DNA of 64,000 nucleotides, from the NCBI GenBank assembly GCA_020059745.1, contig JAGVBK010000002.1:2414-66413 (forward strand), given 5' to 3'. This document shows, one piece after another, positions 6,722-16,371 of the stretch. This DNA comes from Candidatus Shapirobacteria bacterium. Lineage in GTDB: Bacteria > Patescibacteriota > Microgenomatia > UM-FILTER-40-11. The notes under the pieces were generated by a model. That model searched no databases, was not told where the DNA came from, and worked only from the letters and a program-made list of their open reading frames with translations. The stretch's first letter is position 1; the number at the start of each line of letters is the position of its first letter. The position numbers were made by a program, and so were the translations under genes.

Positions 6722-7917
6722 CGTTTCTTTTTAGACTGGTAATACTTTCTCCCTCTTAGCTTTTCCGGAAGATATTCCTCGTCTTTTAATTCCTCTTTGG
6801 TGTAATCGTGGGCATACTTATAGTCTTTACCATAACCCACTTCTTTCATCAGCTTGGTAACTGCATTTCTTAACTTTAAAGGAACAGGCAAATTGCCAAA
6901 TTGTTTAACATCAGCCTTGGCTTTTGCCTCGGCAATGTAACTGCTGTTGTCTTTAGGGGCTAGGGAAAGATAAGCAGCCAACTGGACAATCATTACCCCG
7001 CATTCAGGCATACCCAAAAAATGACAAGCCTGATAAGTAGCTACTGCCAGCTGCAAAGCCTGGGGGTCGGCATTGCCAATGTCTTCAGAAGCAAACCTGA
7101 TTAACCTTCTTGCTACATACAAAGGATCATCTCCACCCTCAAGCATTCTCACCGCATAGTAAATAGCTGCATCGGGGTTAGAGCCGCGCATTGATTTATG
7201 AAGAGCGGAAATAGTGTTGTAGTGCTCTTCTCCTGCTTTATCATATAAAAGAGTTTTCTTTTGAATAGCATCTTCTATGTCTTTTAGTTTAATTAATTTA
7301 CTCAGTTTTGCCGCGATTTCTAAAATATTTAGCGCATTTCTGGCATCTCCATTGGCCGAATCAATTAAATATTGCCTAGCATCGGTTTCTATCTTTACAT
7401 TGAGTTTATTTATTCCTCGCGTAACTATTTTATTCAAATCATTTTCATTAAGGCTTGTTAAAACAAAAACTCGACAGCGAGAAAGCAGAGGTCCGATTAC
7501 CTCAAAAGAGGGGTTTTCCGTTGTAGCGCCGATGAGAACAATGGTTCCGTCCTCAACATGAGGTAAAAAAGCATCCTGCTGAAGTTTATTAAAGCGGTGG
7601 ATTTCGTCGACAAAAAGAATGGTTTTGTTTCCATAAAGTTGCTTTCTTTCCTTGGCCTGGGCAACCACTTTTTTTACTTCATCAATTCCAGAAGTAACCG
7701 CAGAAAAATGGGCAAAATGACTTTGGGTTTTACTGGCGATAATTCTTGCCAGTGTTGTTTTGCCGCAACCGGGAGGACCCCAAAAAATCATAGAAACAAG
7801 CTCGTCTTTGTCAATAAGCCTTTTTAGGATTCCGTTTTCAGCGACAAGATGCTCCTGTCCCACAAAATCATTAAAATCCTTTGGCCTTAATAAGTCGGCA
7901 AGAGGGGAATCTGGCAT
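6718..7917 (-). CDS. rarA: replication-associated recombination protein A (AAA+ ATPase RarA/MgsA)
   Basis: Walker A GPPGCGKTTLARIIA, Walker B ILFVDEIHRFNK, the sensor region and the C-terminal MgsA helical domain. Confidence 0.85.
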   Translation of the reverse strand: MPDSPLADLLRPKDFNDFVGQEHLVAENGILKRLIDKDELVSMIFWGPPGCGKTTLARIIASKTQSHFAHFSAVTSGIDEVKKVVAQAKERKQLYGNKTILFVDEIHRFNKLQQDAFLPHVEDGTIVLIGATTENPSFEVIGPLLSRCRVFVLTSLNENDLNKIVTRGINKLNVKIETDARQYLIDSANGDARNALNILEIAAKLSKLIKLKDIEDAIQKKTLLYDKAGEEHYNTISALHKSMRGSNPDAAIYYAVRMLEGGDDPLYVARRLIRFASEDIGNADPQALQLAVATYQACHFLGMPECGVMIVQLAAYLSLAPKDNSSYIAEAKAKADVKQFGNLPVPLKLRNAVTKLMKEVGYGKDYKYAHDYTKEELKDEEYLPEKLRGRKYYQSKKKR

Positions 7918-7950
7918 GAGTTAATTATATGACTTTGTTTCAAGTGGTCT

Positions 7951-8241
7951 TTACTGGTCTAGGCCCAGAGTGAAAATAAAAGACGGAGGATTAAGCCTTG
8001 AGTCTTCTTTTACTTTGTAAATGTCAGCCTCAATCATTTTTAAATCATCCTCAATTTCCACAATCTCTTTAGAATAAGATGGCGTAGGAGTAAGGGTTTC
8101 CTCGGAAAGTTCTTGAGAACCGGTTTCTTCGGTTTTAACACTAATTGAGGGAACGGTTTTGTCGATTCTGGCATAAAAAAGAAGTCCGGCCAAGCTCAAA
8201 AGAAAGACCAGGAGTACCGACATCATGATGTTTTTTTTCAT
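7951..8241 (-). CDS. small membrane-anchored or secreted hypothetical protein
   Basis: N-terminal hydrophobic segment MMSVLLVFLLSLAGLLFY. Its stop shares the nucleotide 8241 with the start of the upstream gene (translational coupling). Confidence 0.4.
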   Translation of the reverse strand: MKKNIMMSVLLVFLLSLAGLLFYARIDKTVPSISVKTEETGSQELSEETLTPTPSYSKEIVEIEDDLKMIEADIYKVKEDSRLNPPSFIFTLGLDQ

Positions 8242-9026
8242 TATTTAAAATTAAAAATAATATCCCGGTATCCCTTTAAAAGGGATTTCATTGCTACGAC
8301 AGACTTTGTAACTGTATCCCAAATTTCTTTTGATTTTGGAGCGGCATTTCTAAAAGCAAAGCTTTTATAGGAAGTTTCCGCTTCTCTTATTAGGGTGGAG
8401 ACCTTATCCGACTCAAGATCAAGTGAAGAAAGCTTTTCTCTGGAAGCAGGCACCTTGTTTTGGGCTGCGTCACTCGAGGAAAGGAAGCTGTCAATTTTGC
8501 CTCTGTCAATTTTAAGATTATCAAAAATCTTTTTTACTGAACCTATTTCGGTTAATGCTTTGGTCTGGTACCCCAATAGGCTTATCCTCTGGTGATGAGA
8601 TTCCAGTTCCTTTAATAGAGCCTCTGCTTCAGACAAGGTAGTGACCGAATCAGCTTTTACTCTAGCCAAATCAAGGTATTGAAGCTCATCGTCAAGCTTC
8701 ACATATATGTAGTTTTCGTCATAGTTTAAAATCTTGGTTGCTTCAGCCAAGTAGGTTTTAACAAAACTGGCATATGACCGCATTGCTTCTATTTCCGCCT
8801 TTATAAGGCGCTTGGATACCTCTAAAAACTCGGATTGGGCCGAAACCGACTGATAGGCAAGATAGCGGCTTTTCGCCGAACTAAAAGGCTCTAGTAAGCC
8901 CTGGTATTCCCGGTAATCAGAAAGGAGTTCGTTATAAAATTCATTGCTTTTGTTTTGGGCATAAGCCCTTTTGGGAGAAAAGACAAAAAAAGACAAAATT
9001 AAGAAAAAAAAGACTGCCTTCTTCAC
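8241..9026 (-). CDS. secreted hypothetical protein in an operon with the ABC exporter
   Basis: Cleavable signal peptide MKKAVFFFLILSFFVFSPKRAYAQ. The remainder is predicted helical (by eye) and unrecognised. Confidence 0.45.
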   Translation of the reverse strand: MKKAVFFFLILSFFVFSPKRAYAQNKSNEFYNELLSDYREYQGLLEPFSSAKSRYLAYQSVSAQSEFLEVSKRLIKAEIEAMRSYASFVKTYLAEATKILNYDENYIYVKLDDELQYLDLARVKADSVTTLSEAEALLKELESHHQRISLLGYQTKALTEIGSVKKIFDNLKIDRGKIDSFLSSSDAAQNKVPASREKLSSLDLESDKVSTLIREAETSYKSFAFRNAAPKSKEIWDTVTKSVVAMKSLLKGYRDIIFNFK

Positions 9027-9063
9027 AAATTAAGTTAATCAAGTTTAAAAACAAATTTCAAGG

Positions 9064-10275
9064 TCACTCATACCTTAAGGCTTCAACCGGATCCAGTTTT
9101 GCAGCTTTGGCCGCCGGTGCAACTCCAAAGATAATACCCACAAAAGCAGAAACGCCAAAAGCAAGGATAATTGACCAAAGGCTAAATGCGTTCGCAGAAA
9201 TAAGCTTACCAACCACTATCGTTCCCAAAATTCCCAAGATAACCCCGATAGAACCCCCGACTAAGCTTAAGAAAACCGACTCAACTAAAAACTGGGTAAG
9301 TATATCGCCGTTGGTTGCACCAACTGATTTTCTTATCCCGATTTCTCTGGTCCTTTCCGTTACCGAAACAAGCATTATATTCATAATCCCGATACCTCCA
9401 ACAAGAAGAGAAATGGCAGCGATTCCTCCCAGGGCAACCGTCAGAACCTGAAGAATTGAAGAAATTGTAGAAAGAAGGGTACCTTGGTTAAAAACGGAAA
9501 AATCATCCTCTTTGAGTGTTCTTGAAAGCAGGGCTTTAACCCTGAATTTTGCTTCATCCGCCTGGTCTTTATCGGTAAACTTGACCATAATGTTTTGCAG
9601 ATTTTTAATATCAAAGGTTTCCTGGGCTGTGGTAATAGGAATGTAGACAGACCGATCCATCTCTCCTCCGGCAATCCCTGATCCCATACTCTCTAAAGTG
9701 CCAACAACTTTAAAGCGGCTGTCGGCAATAATTATTTCTTTTTCAAGCGGTTCCATGTTGCCATAAAGCTTTGAAGCCACTTCAGGCCCAATAACTGCCA
9801 CTTTTCTGCTTGCATACATTTCCGAGTTGGTAAAAAACCGACCGTCCTTAACCTTAAGGGAAACAAAGTTGATTATATCGGGCGAAGAGCCTCCGATCGT
9901 AATTCTTGTTTGGTTATTACGATATTTGGCCGTACCGGGAATTTCAATATATCCAGTGGCATCCTCAATGGGTTCACCTAAGTTTTTTATTTCTTCAACA
10001 TAAGAGTTTTTTAATTTACTACCTGCAAAGTTAGGAGGGGCGTTGAACGAAACTCCCTCGCCATCGCCACCCATTCTTCCGGGCATAACATAAAGTACAT
10101 TTGCTCCGATTGACTCAAACTGCTCAGTTATGTAATTTTTAAGACCCGTACCCACGGAAACCAAGGTAATAACAGCAAAAACACCGATTATTATGCCGAG
10201 CATCGTTAGAAAAGACCTTGTTTTGTTTCTTTTAATGGCAGATGTTGCCAGTTTCACTGTTTCAAGTACCTCCAT
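9064..10275 (-). CDS. ABC transporter permease, FtsX/MacB-type (MacB_PCD plus FtsX 4-TM domain)
   Basis: One N-terminal TM, a large periplasmic domain and a C-terminal FtsX-like region IGIRKSVGATNGDIL... Confidence 0.8.
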   Translation of the reverse strand: MEVLETVKLATSAIKRNKTRSFLTMLGIIIGVFAVITLVSVGTGLKNYITEQFESIGANVLYVMPGRMGGDGEGVSFNAPPNFAGSKLKNSYVEEIKNLGEPIEDATGYIEIPGTAKYRNNQTRITIGGSSPDIINFVSLKVKDGRFFTNSEMYASRKVAVIGPEVASKLYGNMEPLEKEIIIADSRFKVVGTLESMGSGIAGGEMDRSVYIPITTAQETFDIKNLQNIMVKFTDKDQADEAKFRVKALLSRTLKEDDFSVFNQGTLLSTISSILQVLTVALGGIAAISLLVGGIGIMNIMLVSVTERTREIGIRKSVGATNGDILTQFLVESVFLSLVGGSIGVILGILGTIVVGKLISANAFSLWSIILAFGVSAFVGIIFGVAPAAKAAKLDPVEALRYE

Positions 10276-10953
10276 TTATTCCTCCATGATTTTTCCGTCT
10301 TTAACCCTAACTATCCTTTTGGCCATTTTGGCAATTTCCGGGTCATGGGTTACCAAAACTATGGTATTCCCATTTTGGTAAAGGCTTTTTAAAATATCCA
10401 TGATTTCTTTGCCTGATTTTGAGTCAAGATTTCCTGTGGGCTCATCAGCCAAAATAATTGAAGGATTAGTTATCAAAGCTCTGGCAATTGCCACTCTTTG
10501 CCTTTCGCCCCCCGAAAGCTGGCTGGGAAAATGCTCTAGTCGGTGTTCCAAACCTACTTCAAAAAGAGATTTTTCCGCTCTTAGACGCCTTTCTTTTGAA
10601 GGCACGCCTGAATAAATTAAAGGAAGTTCAACATTGTCCAAAGCTGAAGTTCTGGCAAGTAGGTTAAAAGATTGGAAAACAAAACCGATTTTCTGGTTTC
10701 TTAGCTTGGCAAGCTCACGGTCATTGTTAAAAGAAACCCCCCTGCCTTCAAGAATGACTTCGCCGGAAGTTGGCTTGTCGAGAAGCCCAAGTATGTGCAT
10801 AAGCGTAGATTTGCCGGAACCTGAAGGGCCCACAATTGAAACAAAATCTCCTTTGTTAACTCTAAGAGAAACTTGGTCAAGCGCTTTAACCTCAATATCG
10901 CCCATCTCATAAACCTTCGAGACACCAGAAAGCTCCATGTTTACGGTTTTCAT
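10276..10953 (-). CDS. ABC transporter ATP-binding protein (MacB/LolD-type)
   Basis: Walker [10 protein letters not shown], signature [15 protein letters not shown], Walker [12 protein letters not shown]. Confidence 0.85.
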   Translation of the reverse strand: MKTVNMELSGVSKVYEMGDIEVKALDQVSLRVNKGDFVSIVGPSGSGKSTLMHILGLLDKPTSGEVILEGRGVSFNNDRELAKLRNQKIGFVFQSFNLLARTSALDNVELPLIYSGVPSKERRLRAEKSLFEVGLEHRLEHFPSQLSGGERQRVAIARALITNPSIILADEPTGNLDSKSGKEIMDILKSLYQNGNTIVLVTHDPEIAKMAKRIVRVKDGKIMEE

Positions 10954-11996
10954 TGGGTTTTAATGCTCATGCCTTCGGTTAGAAGGCTAATATTTGAAGT
11001 GATAATCTGATCTCCCTCGCTAATGCCGGAAATAACCTGGATATAATCATCTCCAATATTGCCAACTTCAATTTCTGCTCTAGTCGCCTTGCCGTCAACA
11101 ACCTTCCATACAAAGGTCTTTCCGTTTTTCTCGGAAAAAGCAGAAATAGGAACAAGTAAAACATCGGTTAATGAGGAGTGAAGAATCTCCACATCACCAT
11201 TCATACCCAATCTAAAGTTTTCAGTCCCACCGGTAAAATAAATCCAGGTGTTATAAGCAGTGCCGCCTCCGCTTGAAGTGCTTGCCTCCAGGTCAATTTT
11301 TCCCACCGTACCTTCAAAGACTTCTTCAGGATAAGCGTCAATAAAAAGCTTAACCTTGTCTCCGATTTTTACTCGTGCCACATCAGTTTCATCAACTTTT
11401 GCCTCAAAATAGATACTTTGCGGATCAACAATTCGGTAAAAAGCCGTCGTCGGACCGACATTAACCCCGGCATAAGGCTGGTCAAGATCTACAACCACTC
11501 CCTCAAAAGGAGAACTTAAAGAGGAAAACCTCACCGCTAAATCAGCAATTTCCACATCCAAAACAGAATTATTTAAGTCAAACTGGGATTTTTCAAGAAT
11601 TCTTTTGATTGAATCGGTAACAAGGCTTTTTTCCTTTTCGTCCTCATAGTCTTCCTGGGTTTGTTCAAAATCCCATCTTTCATTAAGATAGTCATTCATT
11701 TCCTTTTCAAATCTTTTCTGAAGATCCCTTTTGTCAAGAGAGGCGACAGTCTGTCCTTTTCTGACCCGGTCTCCCTTTTTTATCCCAACAAAAGACAAAA
11801 GACCTGAGGTTTGGAATCGTAAGGTGGCGTCCTTTTCAGCCTTGATTTCTCCAGAAGCTGAAGTGAATATTTCCATGTCTCCTTTTTTAACGGTTTCAAC
11901 TGAAAAGGGAGCTTTCTTACGCAGATTTTTTATTGCTAAAAAACCGGCTAAAGCTAAAAGCACGACAGTGAAAATGATAATTATTTTCTTCATCAT
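10950..11996 (-). CDS. HlyD/MacA-family periplasmic adaptor subunit
   Basis: N-terminal TM, coiled-coil region and beta-barrel/lipoyl-like segments. Its stop overlaps the start of the ABC ATPase by 4 nt. Confidence 0.75.
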   Translation of the reverse strand: MMKKIIIIFTVVLLALAGFLAIKNLRKKAPFSVETVKKGDMEIFTSASGEIKAEKDATLRFQTSGLLSFVGIKKGDRVRKGQTVASLDKRDLQKRFEKEMNDYLNERWDFEQTQEDYEDEKEKSLVTDSIKRILEKSQFDLNNSVLDVEIADLAVRFSSLSSPFEGVVVDLDQPYAGVNVGPTTAFYRIVDPQSIYFEAKVDETDVARVKIGDKVKLFIDAYPEEVFEGTVGKIDLEASTSSGGGTAYNTWIYFTGGTENFRLGMNGDVEILHSSLTDVLLVPISAFSEKNGKTFVWKVVDGKATRAEIEVGNIGDDYIQVISGISEGDQIITSNISLLTEGMSIKTQ

Positions 11997-12003
11997 ATTT
12001 TTG

Positions 12004-12088
12004 TGCCAGGGACAGGATTTGAACCTGCAAGCCCTTTTAAGGCGCTAGGTCCTAAACCTAGTGCGTCTACCGTTCCGCCACCCTGGCT
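12004..12088 (-). tRNA. tRNA-Leu (anticodon TAG), long variable arm
   Basis: The reverse complement reads GCCAGGGTGGCGGAACGGTAGACGCACTAGGTTTAGGACCTAGCGCCTTAAAAGGGCTTGCAGGTTCAAATCCTGTCCCTGGCA. Anticodon loop TTTAGGA. Length is about 85 nt. Confidence 0.85.
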
Positions 12089-12261
12089 TTTTGGAAATTA
12101 ACCTTGCAACCAGAAGCAATTATATCTGATTTTAGCCATAAAAAAAATCCCGCAGCATGGCCAGGAAAGGTCGCACACCACAGGATCTAAAAGGAATATA
12201 TCACATAGGAACAGGTTTGTCAAGTATTTTTTAAACTTATAATGTTAGGTTTGTTCATCTC

Positions 12262-12283
12262 GTTTAACAATCGATTGTTAAAC
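12262..12283. repeat. perfect 22-bp palindrome GTTTAACAATCGATTGTTAAAC
   Basis: Exact dyad symmetry around ATCGAT in the intergenic region just 3' of the methyltransferase gene. Candidate operator or bidirectional hairpin. Confidence 0.5.
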
Positions 12284-12294
12284 TTATAGTTTCA

Positions 12295-13056
12295 TTAAAT
12301 AGTGTTAATTCTTTTTCTTGCCAAAATAAAAAAAGAAGGACCAAAGAAATAAGGAGCAAGCAATTTCTGCAGTTTTTTCTCTATGTTGATAAGAAACGCA
12401 CCCGGAAGAATAAGTTTAAGGAAAGAATGCCTAAGGTTTGAGACAGAAAGGGTTTCTTCAACCAAAAACCCGGCTTTTTTTAAATCGTCAATTATTTTTA
12501 GAGGGTGATGATTTAAAAAGGGGATAGAGCCGCTTTTAATGTTGTCCCAGCTTCTTTTTTCCACCGAAGAAAGGTTCTGGCAATAGGAAAAATCTCCTTT
12601 CAGGCAAGCTTTTAACCTGGCAAGAAAATGGATTTTATTGGCAATTTCCACGATAAAATAACCGTCTTTTTTAAGCACCCTCTGAATTTCTTTAAATGAA
12701 GAAAAAGGGTCTTCAAGATGATGGCTAACCCTGATCATAATTGCAACATCAAAAGAACCATCCTTAACCGGAAGCTTAGGCAAAGTGCCTTCCTTAAAAG
12801 AAACATTTTTTATCTTTTGGCAGCGTTCTTCGCCAATCTCCAAAAGCTTTTTTGAAGGATCAACCACCAGGCATTCCTTAAAAAACCCGGAATAAAAATC
12901 GGCCAACCTGCCAAAACCACCGCCAATATCAACAATGGAGCCTTTTGGCTCAACCTTGCTAAAAAAGTATTTCAACGCCTCTCTTTCACAACAGTCCTCA
13001 AAGTTTCTTTTCTGCCAATACGATAAATAGTCATAGGAGTCGTAAGGAGCGTTCAT
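12295..13056 (-). CDS. class I SAM-dependent methyltransferase
   Basis: Motif I VDIGGGFGRLADF and a post-I acidic residue (VVDPS). Size 253 aa. Confidence 0.7.
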   Translation of the reverse strand: MNAPYDSYDYLSYWQKRNFEDCCEREALKYFFSKVEPKGSIVDIGGGFGRLADFYSGFFKECLVVDPSKKLLEIGEERCQKIKNVSFKEGTLPKLPVKDGSFDVAIMIRVSHHLEDPFSSFKEIQRVLKKDGYFIVEIANKIHFLARLKACLKGDFSYCQNLSSVEKRSWDNIKSGSIPFLNHHPLKIIDDLKKAGFLVEETLSVSNLRHSFLKLILPGAFLINIEKKLQKLLAPYFFGPSFFILARKRINTI

Positions 13057-13057
13057 G

Positions 13058-13648
13058 TTAAAAGTCCCCAGTTTCCATTTCCCTTAAGAATTGGTTAACC
13101 CCGGCACACCAGGAGCCGTTTGATTTTGGAGTGTATTTTTTCATCATAACGCAAGGGTCGTCGCAATATCCTTTGGCGCAATAGTTTTGGGCAATACCCC
13201 TGGTAACAACTTCAATCGCTTCGTCCCAATTCTCAAAGCACCTTGTGCCTCTTTCGTGGATGGCCCAACCCCAAGCATTATAGCAATATTCCGGGGACTT
13301 TTTGCCTAAATTCGACTCTTGTTGGGCAATAGCAACAATCAGCCTTGGGTCAACTTCATAACGATAAGCAGCGCTTAAAATTGTTTCAACATGGGGAAGA
13401 AGTGGAGAGTTATACCTTTTTAAGTATTTTTCAAGAATAATGGGAACTGAATCTCCTGATGTGATAGTCTGGGCAATTACGCCCGAATCATCATAATAGG
13501 GAGAAAATATTTTGTTTTGCTGAGGAGAAGTAACTGCCTCTCCTAGAACCGCGCCTGAAGATAACCTGCTACTGAAAAGAAGGGTTAAGCCTAAAACAAA
13601 AGGAGATACAATGAAAAAAATTGAACAAAGAAGTATTTTTTTTGTCAT
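13058..13648 (-). CDS. secreted lysozyme-like / lytic transglycosylase (SLT-domain-like) protein
   Basis: Signal peptide, then LIVAIAQQESNLG resembling the SLT catalytic E-S motif. Cys-rich C-terminal part. Confidence 0.5.
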   Translation of the reverse strand: MTKKILLCSIFFIVSPFVLGLTLLFSSRLSSGAVLGEAVTSPQQNKIFSPYYDDSGVIAQTITSGDSVPIILEKYLKRYNSPLLPHVETILSAAYRYEVDPRLIVAIAQQESNLGKKSPEYCYNAWGWAIHERGTRCFENWDEAIEVVTRGIAQNYCAKGYCDDPCVMMKKYTPKSNGSWCAGVNQFLREMETGDF

Positions 13649-13731
13649 GACAATAGCTTGATTAATTCATGGTTCCATTTTTTAAAACTTTTGTCAAGCA
13701 AACTTATGTGTTAAAATAGGCAATCACTAAA

Positions 13732-14604
13732 ATGACCGAAACAGTAAAAAAAGACAATTTTGAACTAACAAGACTGCCTAAAAAAGCCTTTGAAATTTTG
13801 GTCGCTTTACCCTGGAAAGAAGTTGAAGAAAGCCGCAAAGAGGTAATTAGCCAAGCCAGTAAAACCGTTGAAATCAAGGGTTTCCGCAAAGGCATGGCTC
13901 CGGAAAAGATGGTAGAGCAGTATTTGGGTACACAAAGGCTTTTGGAGCTTACCTTGCAGAAAATAATTCCCGACTACTACCAAAAAGTAGTTGAAGAGTT
14001 TTCCTTAAACCCGATTATAACTCCGAAAATCCAGCTTGTCTCTACCGAAGAGGGCAAAGACTGGCAAGTCAAATTCATTTCGTGTGAACACCCCGAAGTA
14101 AACTTGGGAAATTACAAAGAAGAGCTAAGAAAAATTAAACCAAAAGAGGAAATCTGGACTCCCGGAAAAGAGGAAAAAAAGGAAGAAAAAAAAGAAAATC
14201 GTGACGAGAAGATAAACGAATCAATCTCCTGGCTTATTGACAATATAAAGGTGGAAATTTGCGATCTTCTGATTGAGGAAGAAGTAGGAAGAAGGCTTTC
14301 CGATCTTCTTGACCAAACTCAAAAACTGGGCATTGCCGTAGACCAGTATCTTTCTTCTGTCGGAAAAACAATTGAGCAGCTAAGAGAAGAATATGCCAAA
14401 AGAGCAGCAGACAACCTTGCTTTGGAGTTCATCTTGGAAAAAATTGCTGACCAGGAGAAAATTGAGGTTGGACCTGAAGAACTTGATAAAATCCTTTCCG
14501 CTGCTAAAAATGAGGAAGAAAAGAAAGCGCTAGAAGACCAAAAATATGTTCTTGCTACCATGATAAGAAGGCAAAAAACGCTTGACTTTTTAGGCTCGCT
14601 GTAG
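13732..14604 (+). CDS. tig: trigger factor (short form: ribosome-binding N domain plus chaperone arm; canonical PPIase domain not evident)
   Basis: FELTRLPKKAFEILVALPWKEVEE...GFRKGMAP matches the trigger factor N-terminal signature GFRxGxxP. The ORF is 290 aa. Confidence 0.6.
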   Translation: MTETVKKDNFELTRLPKKAFEILVALPWKEVEESRKEVISQASKTVEIKGFRKGMAPEKMVEQYLGTQRLLELTLQKIIPDYYQKVVEEFSLNPIITPKIQLVSTEEGKDWQVKFISCEHPEVNLGNYKEELRKIKPKEEIWTPGKEEKKEEKKENRDEKINESISWLIDNIKVEICDLLIEEEVGRRLSDLLDQTQKLGIAVDQYLSSVGKTIEQLREEYAKRAADNLALEFILEKIADQEKIEVGPEELDKILSAAKNEEEKKALEDQKYVLATMIRRQKTLDFLGSL

Positions 14605-14646
14605 TAAATATGGGGCATAGTCTAACTTTTATAGGCTAAATACCCA

Positions 14647-15237
14647 ATGAAAAAATCAAAACCGAATACTCCAAACAAAAGAGCCCAAAACAACGACTCT
14701 TTTTTAGAGGCTTTCCGCGACCTAGGATCAGATTTTGTCTCCACTGGTTCAGACCAGTTTAAAGCAGGGGTAAATGACATCAAAGACGCGCTTTTCCCTT
14801 TTTACGAAGAAAGTGAAACAGCCAAACAACAAAGTCCCGAAGTAGCCGAAAAACCCAGGGCAAGAACCGAATATCAGCGCGAGGAAAAAGTGCTCTTCAC
14901 CAGGGAACAAAGAGAAACCCAAACTCAGGTTAAAAATCTTCAGGAGGAGCTTAAAAAACTGGCTAAAGCTACCGTAGATTTGGCCAGTGAAGCCAAGGCT
15001 GCTGAAGTTAACGCCATGCAGGAAGTGCCGGCTGCCGGAAAATATCATGTCAATTTCCTGGAAAAATTTATTAAAGCGCTGGCAGAATTAAGGTCAAAAC
15101 TTGAGGAATCTTCAGTTTGGCTCTCAACCTGGAACAAAAAAGCAAGCAAGAAAAACTATTACTGGGGACAATTTAAGAAATCAGGCTCAAAGTTCCTTCT
15201 TTCCTCAGACCGCTACATGTCCACCCAAGCCGGATAA
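14647..15237 (+). CDS. hypothetical protein, charged/coiled-coil
   Basis: Long ORF with coding-like composition. No recognisable motifs. Confidence 0.4.
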   Translation: MKKSKPNTPNKRAQNNDSFLEAFRDLGSDFVSTGSDQFKAGVNDIKDALFPFYEESETAKQQSPEVAEKPRARTEYQREEKVLFTREQRETQTQVKNLQEELKKLAKATVDLASEAKAAEVNAMQEVPAAGKYHVNFLEKFIKALAELRSKLEESSVWLSTWNKKASKKNYYWGQFKKSGSKFLLSSDRYMSTQAG

Positions 15238-15282
15238 ACTTAGTGATTATTTTTATCTTTGAGGATGTAGAGAAAGGGCTGT

Positions 15283-15355
15283 GGGCGATAGAGGAGTCGA
15301 ACCTCTGACCTCTTCGATGTCAACGAAGCGCTCTAACCATCTGAGCTAACCGCCC
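15283..15355 (-). tRNA. tRNA-Val (anticodon GAC)
   Basis: The reverse complement reads GGGCGGTTAGCTCAGATGGTTAGAGCGCTTCGTTGACATCGAAGAGGTCAGAGGTTCGACTCCTCTATCGCCCA. Anticodon loop TTGACAT. Confidence 0.85.
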
Positions 15356-15396
15356 GATTTTTATATTTTACCAAATTTCAAGGCAAAAAGGAATCT

Positions 15397-16317
15397 TTAG
15401 CTGACTAAAAAACGGCAGGGTTCTGAGTGAAAATAGATTTTAACCGGAAGGCAGCTTCTTAACTCACCGTCAACCTGGGTTCCACAAAAGACCGGAGACT
15501 CTAAAGTAAACCTTTCAGCCCTTGCTGATTTGACCAGACCAAAATTAAGCTTGCCAAAAAGGTGAAATACCAAAGTACCTAAAACCGCCAAAAAATAATT
15601 TTTGTATTCAACATAATAAAGGTCAAAAATTTTATCATCACTTCTAACTTTATTGTCCTTAAAAAAGGGAAAAACTTTTAAGACTGAAGCCTGCATATTA
15701 AGTACGGTAAGAAAGCATATCTTGGTGTTAATTTCTTCTTGGCCAAAACTAATTTTTACCGGAATTTTCTTAAGAGTGATAAGCTTTGTCAGAGCAAAAA
15801 TAATATATGAAAAAATTCCCAAGCAGCTTTTAAGCCTGTCTTTGGTTATTCTTAAAAAATTTTCCTGAAAACCAAGGCCAATCCCTAAAAGAAAGAAATT
15901 TTTTTCGTCACCATAATCAATTACCCCGATATCAACCTCCTTAATTTTCCCTTTCATTAAAAACTCAAAGTTTTCCCTGTTTTTTACCATCTTAAAAGCA
16001 GTGGCAATAAAATTGGCTGTTCCTGTCGGGATAACAGCCAAAGGAGCTTTGATATTGTTCTTAAGCATATAGCCTAAGGTTTCTGAAACTGTGCCGTCTC
16101 CGCCAATACAAACTACACCCTTTTTAATTAAAATTTTTCCGTTTTCAAAAAGTTTGCTTATCGGTATCGGCTTAACTATCTCGACCAGCTTGTATTTTTG
16201 ATTCTTTTGGTCAAGAAACTTTTTAATTTTTTCAACAATTTTTTCTGTGCCGTTGTTGCCGGAAAGGTAGTTGACTATCAGTTCAAAATCATATTCCTCT
16301 TGGTGCATATTATGCAT
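15397..16317 (-). CDS. diacylglycerol-kinase-catalytic-domain lipid kinase (YegS/BmrU-like)
   Basis: GGDGTVSE motif and the overall DAGK_cat layout. 306 aa. Confidence 0.7.
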   Translation of the reverse strand: MHNMHQEEYDFELIVNYLSGNNGTEKIVEKIKKFLDQKNQKYKLVEIVKPIPISKLFENGKILIKKGVVCIGGDGTVSETLGYMLKNNIKAPLAVIPTGTANFIATAFKMVKNRENFEFLMKGKIKEVDIGVIDYGDEKNFFLLGIGLGFQENFLRITKDRLKSCLGIFSYIIFALTKLITLKKIPVKISFGQEEINTKICFLTVLNMQASVLKVFPFFKDNKVRSDDKIFDLYYVEYKNYFLAVLGTLVFHLFGKLNFGLVKSARAERFTLESPVFCGTQVDGELRSCLPVKIYFHSEPCRFLVS

Positions 16318-16337
16318 TTTATCTCAGTATCAACTGC

Positions 16338-16366
16338 TTGACAAATGTGCTTTATTACACTATTTT
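16338..16366 (+). promoter_or_regulatory. sigma70-like promoter (TTGACA, 17-nt spacer, TATTTT)
   Basis: Perfect -35 hexamer TTGACA at 16338-16343 and a 17-nt spacer. The -10 TATTTT at 16361-16366 matches 4 of 6 positions. Confidence 0.35.
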
Positions 16367-16371
16367 TAAAA

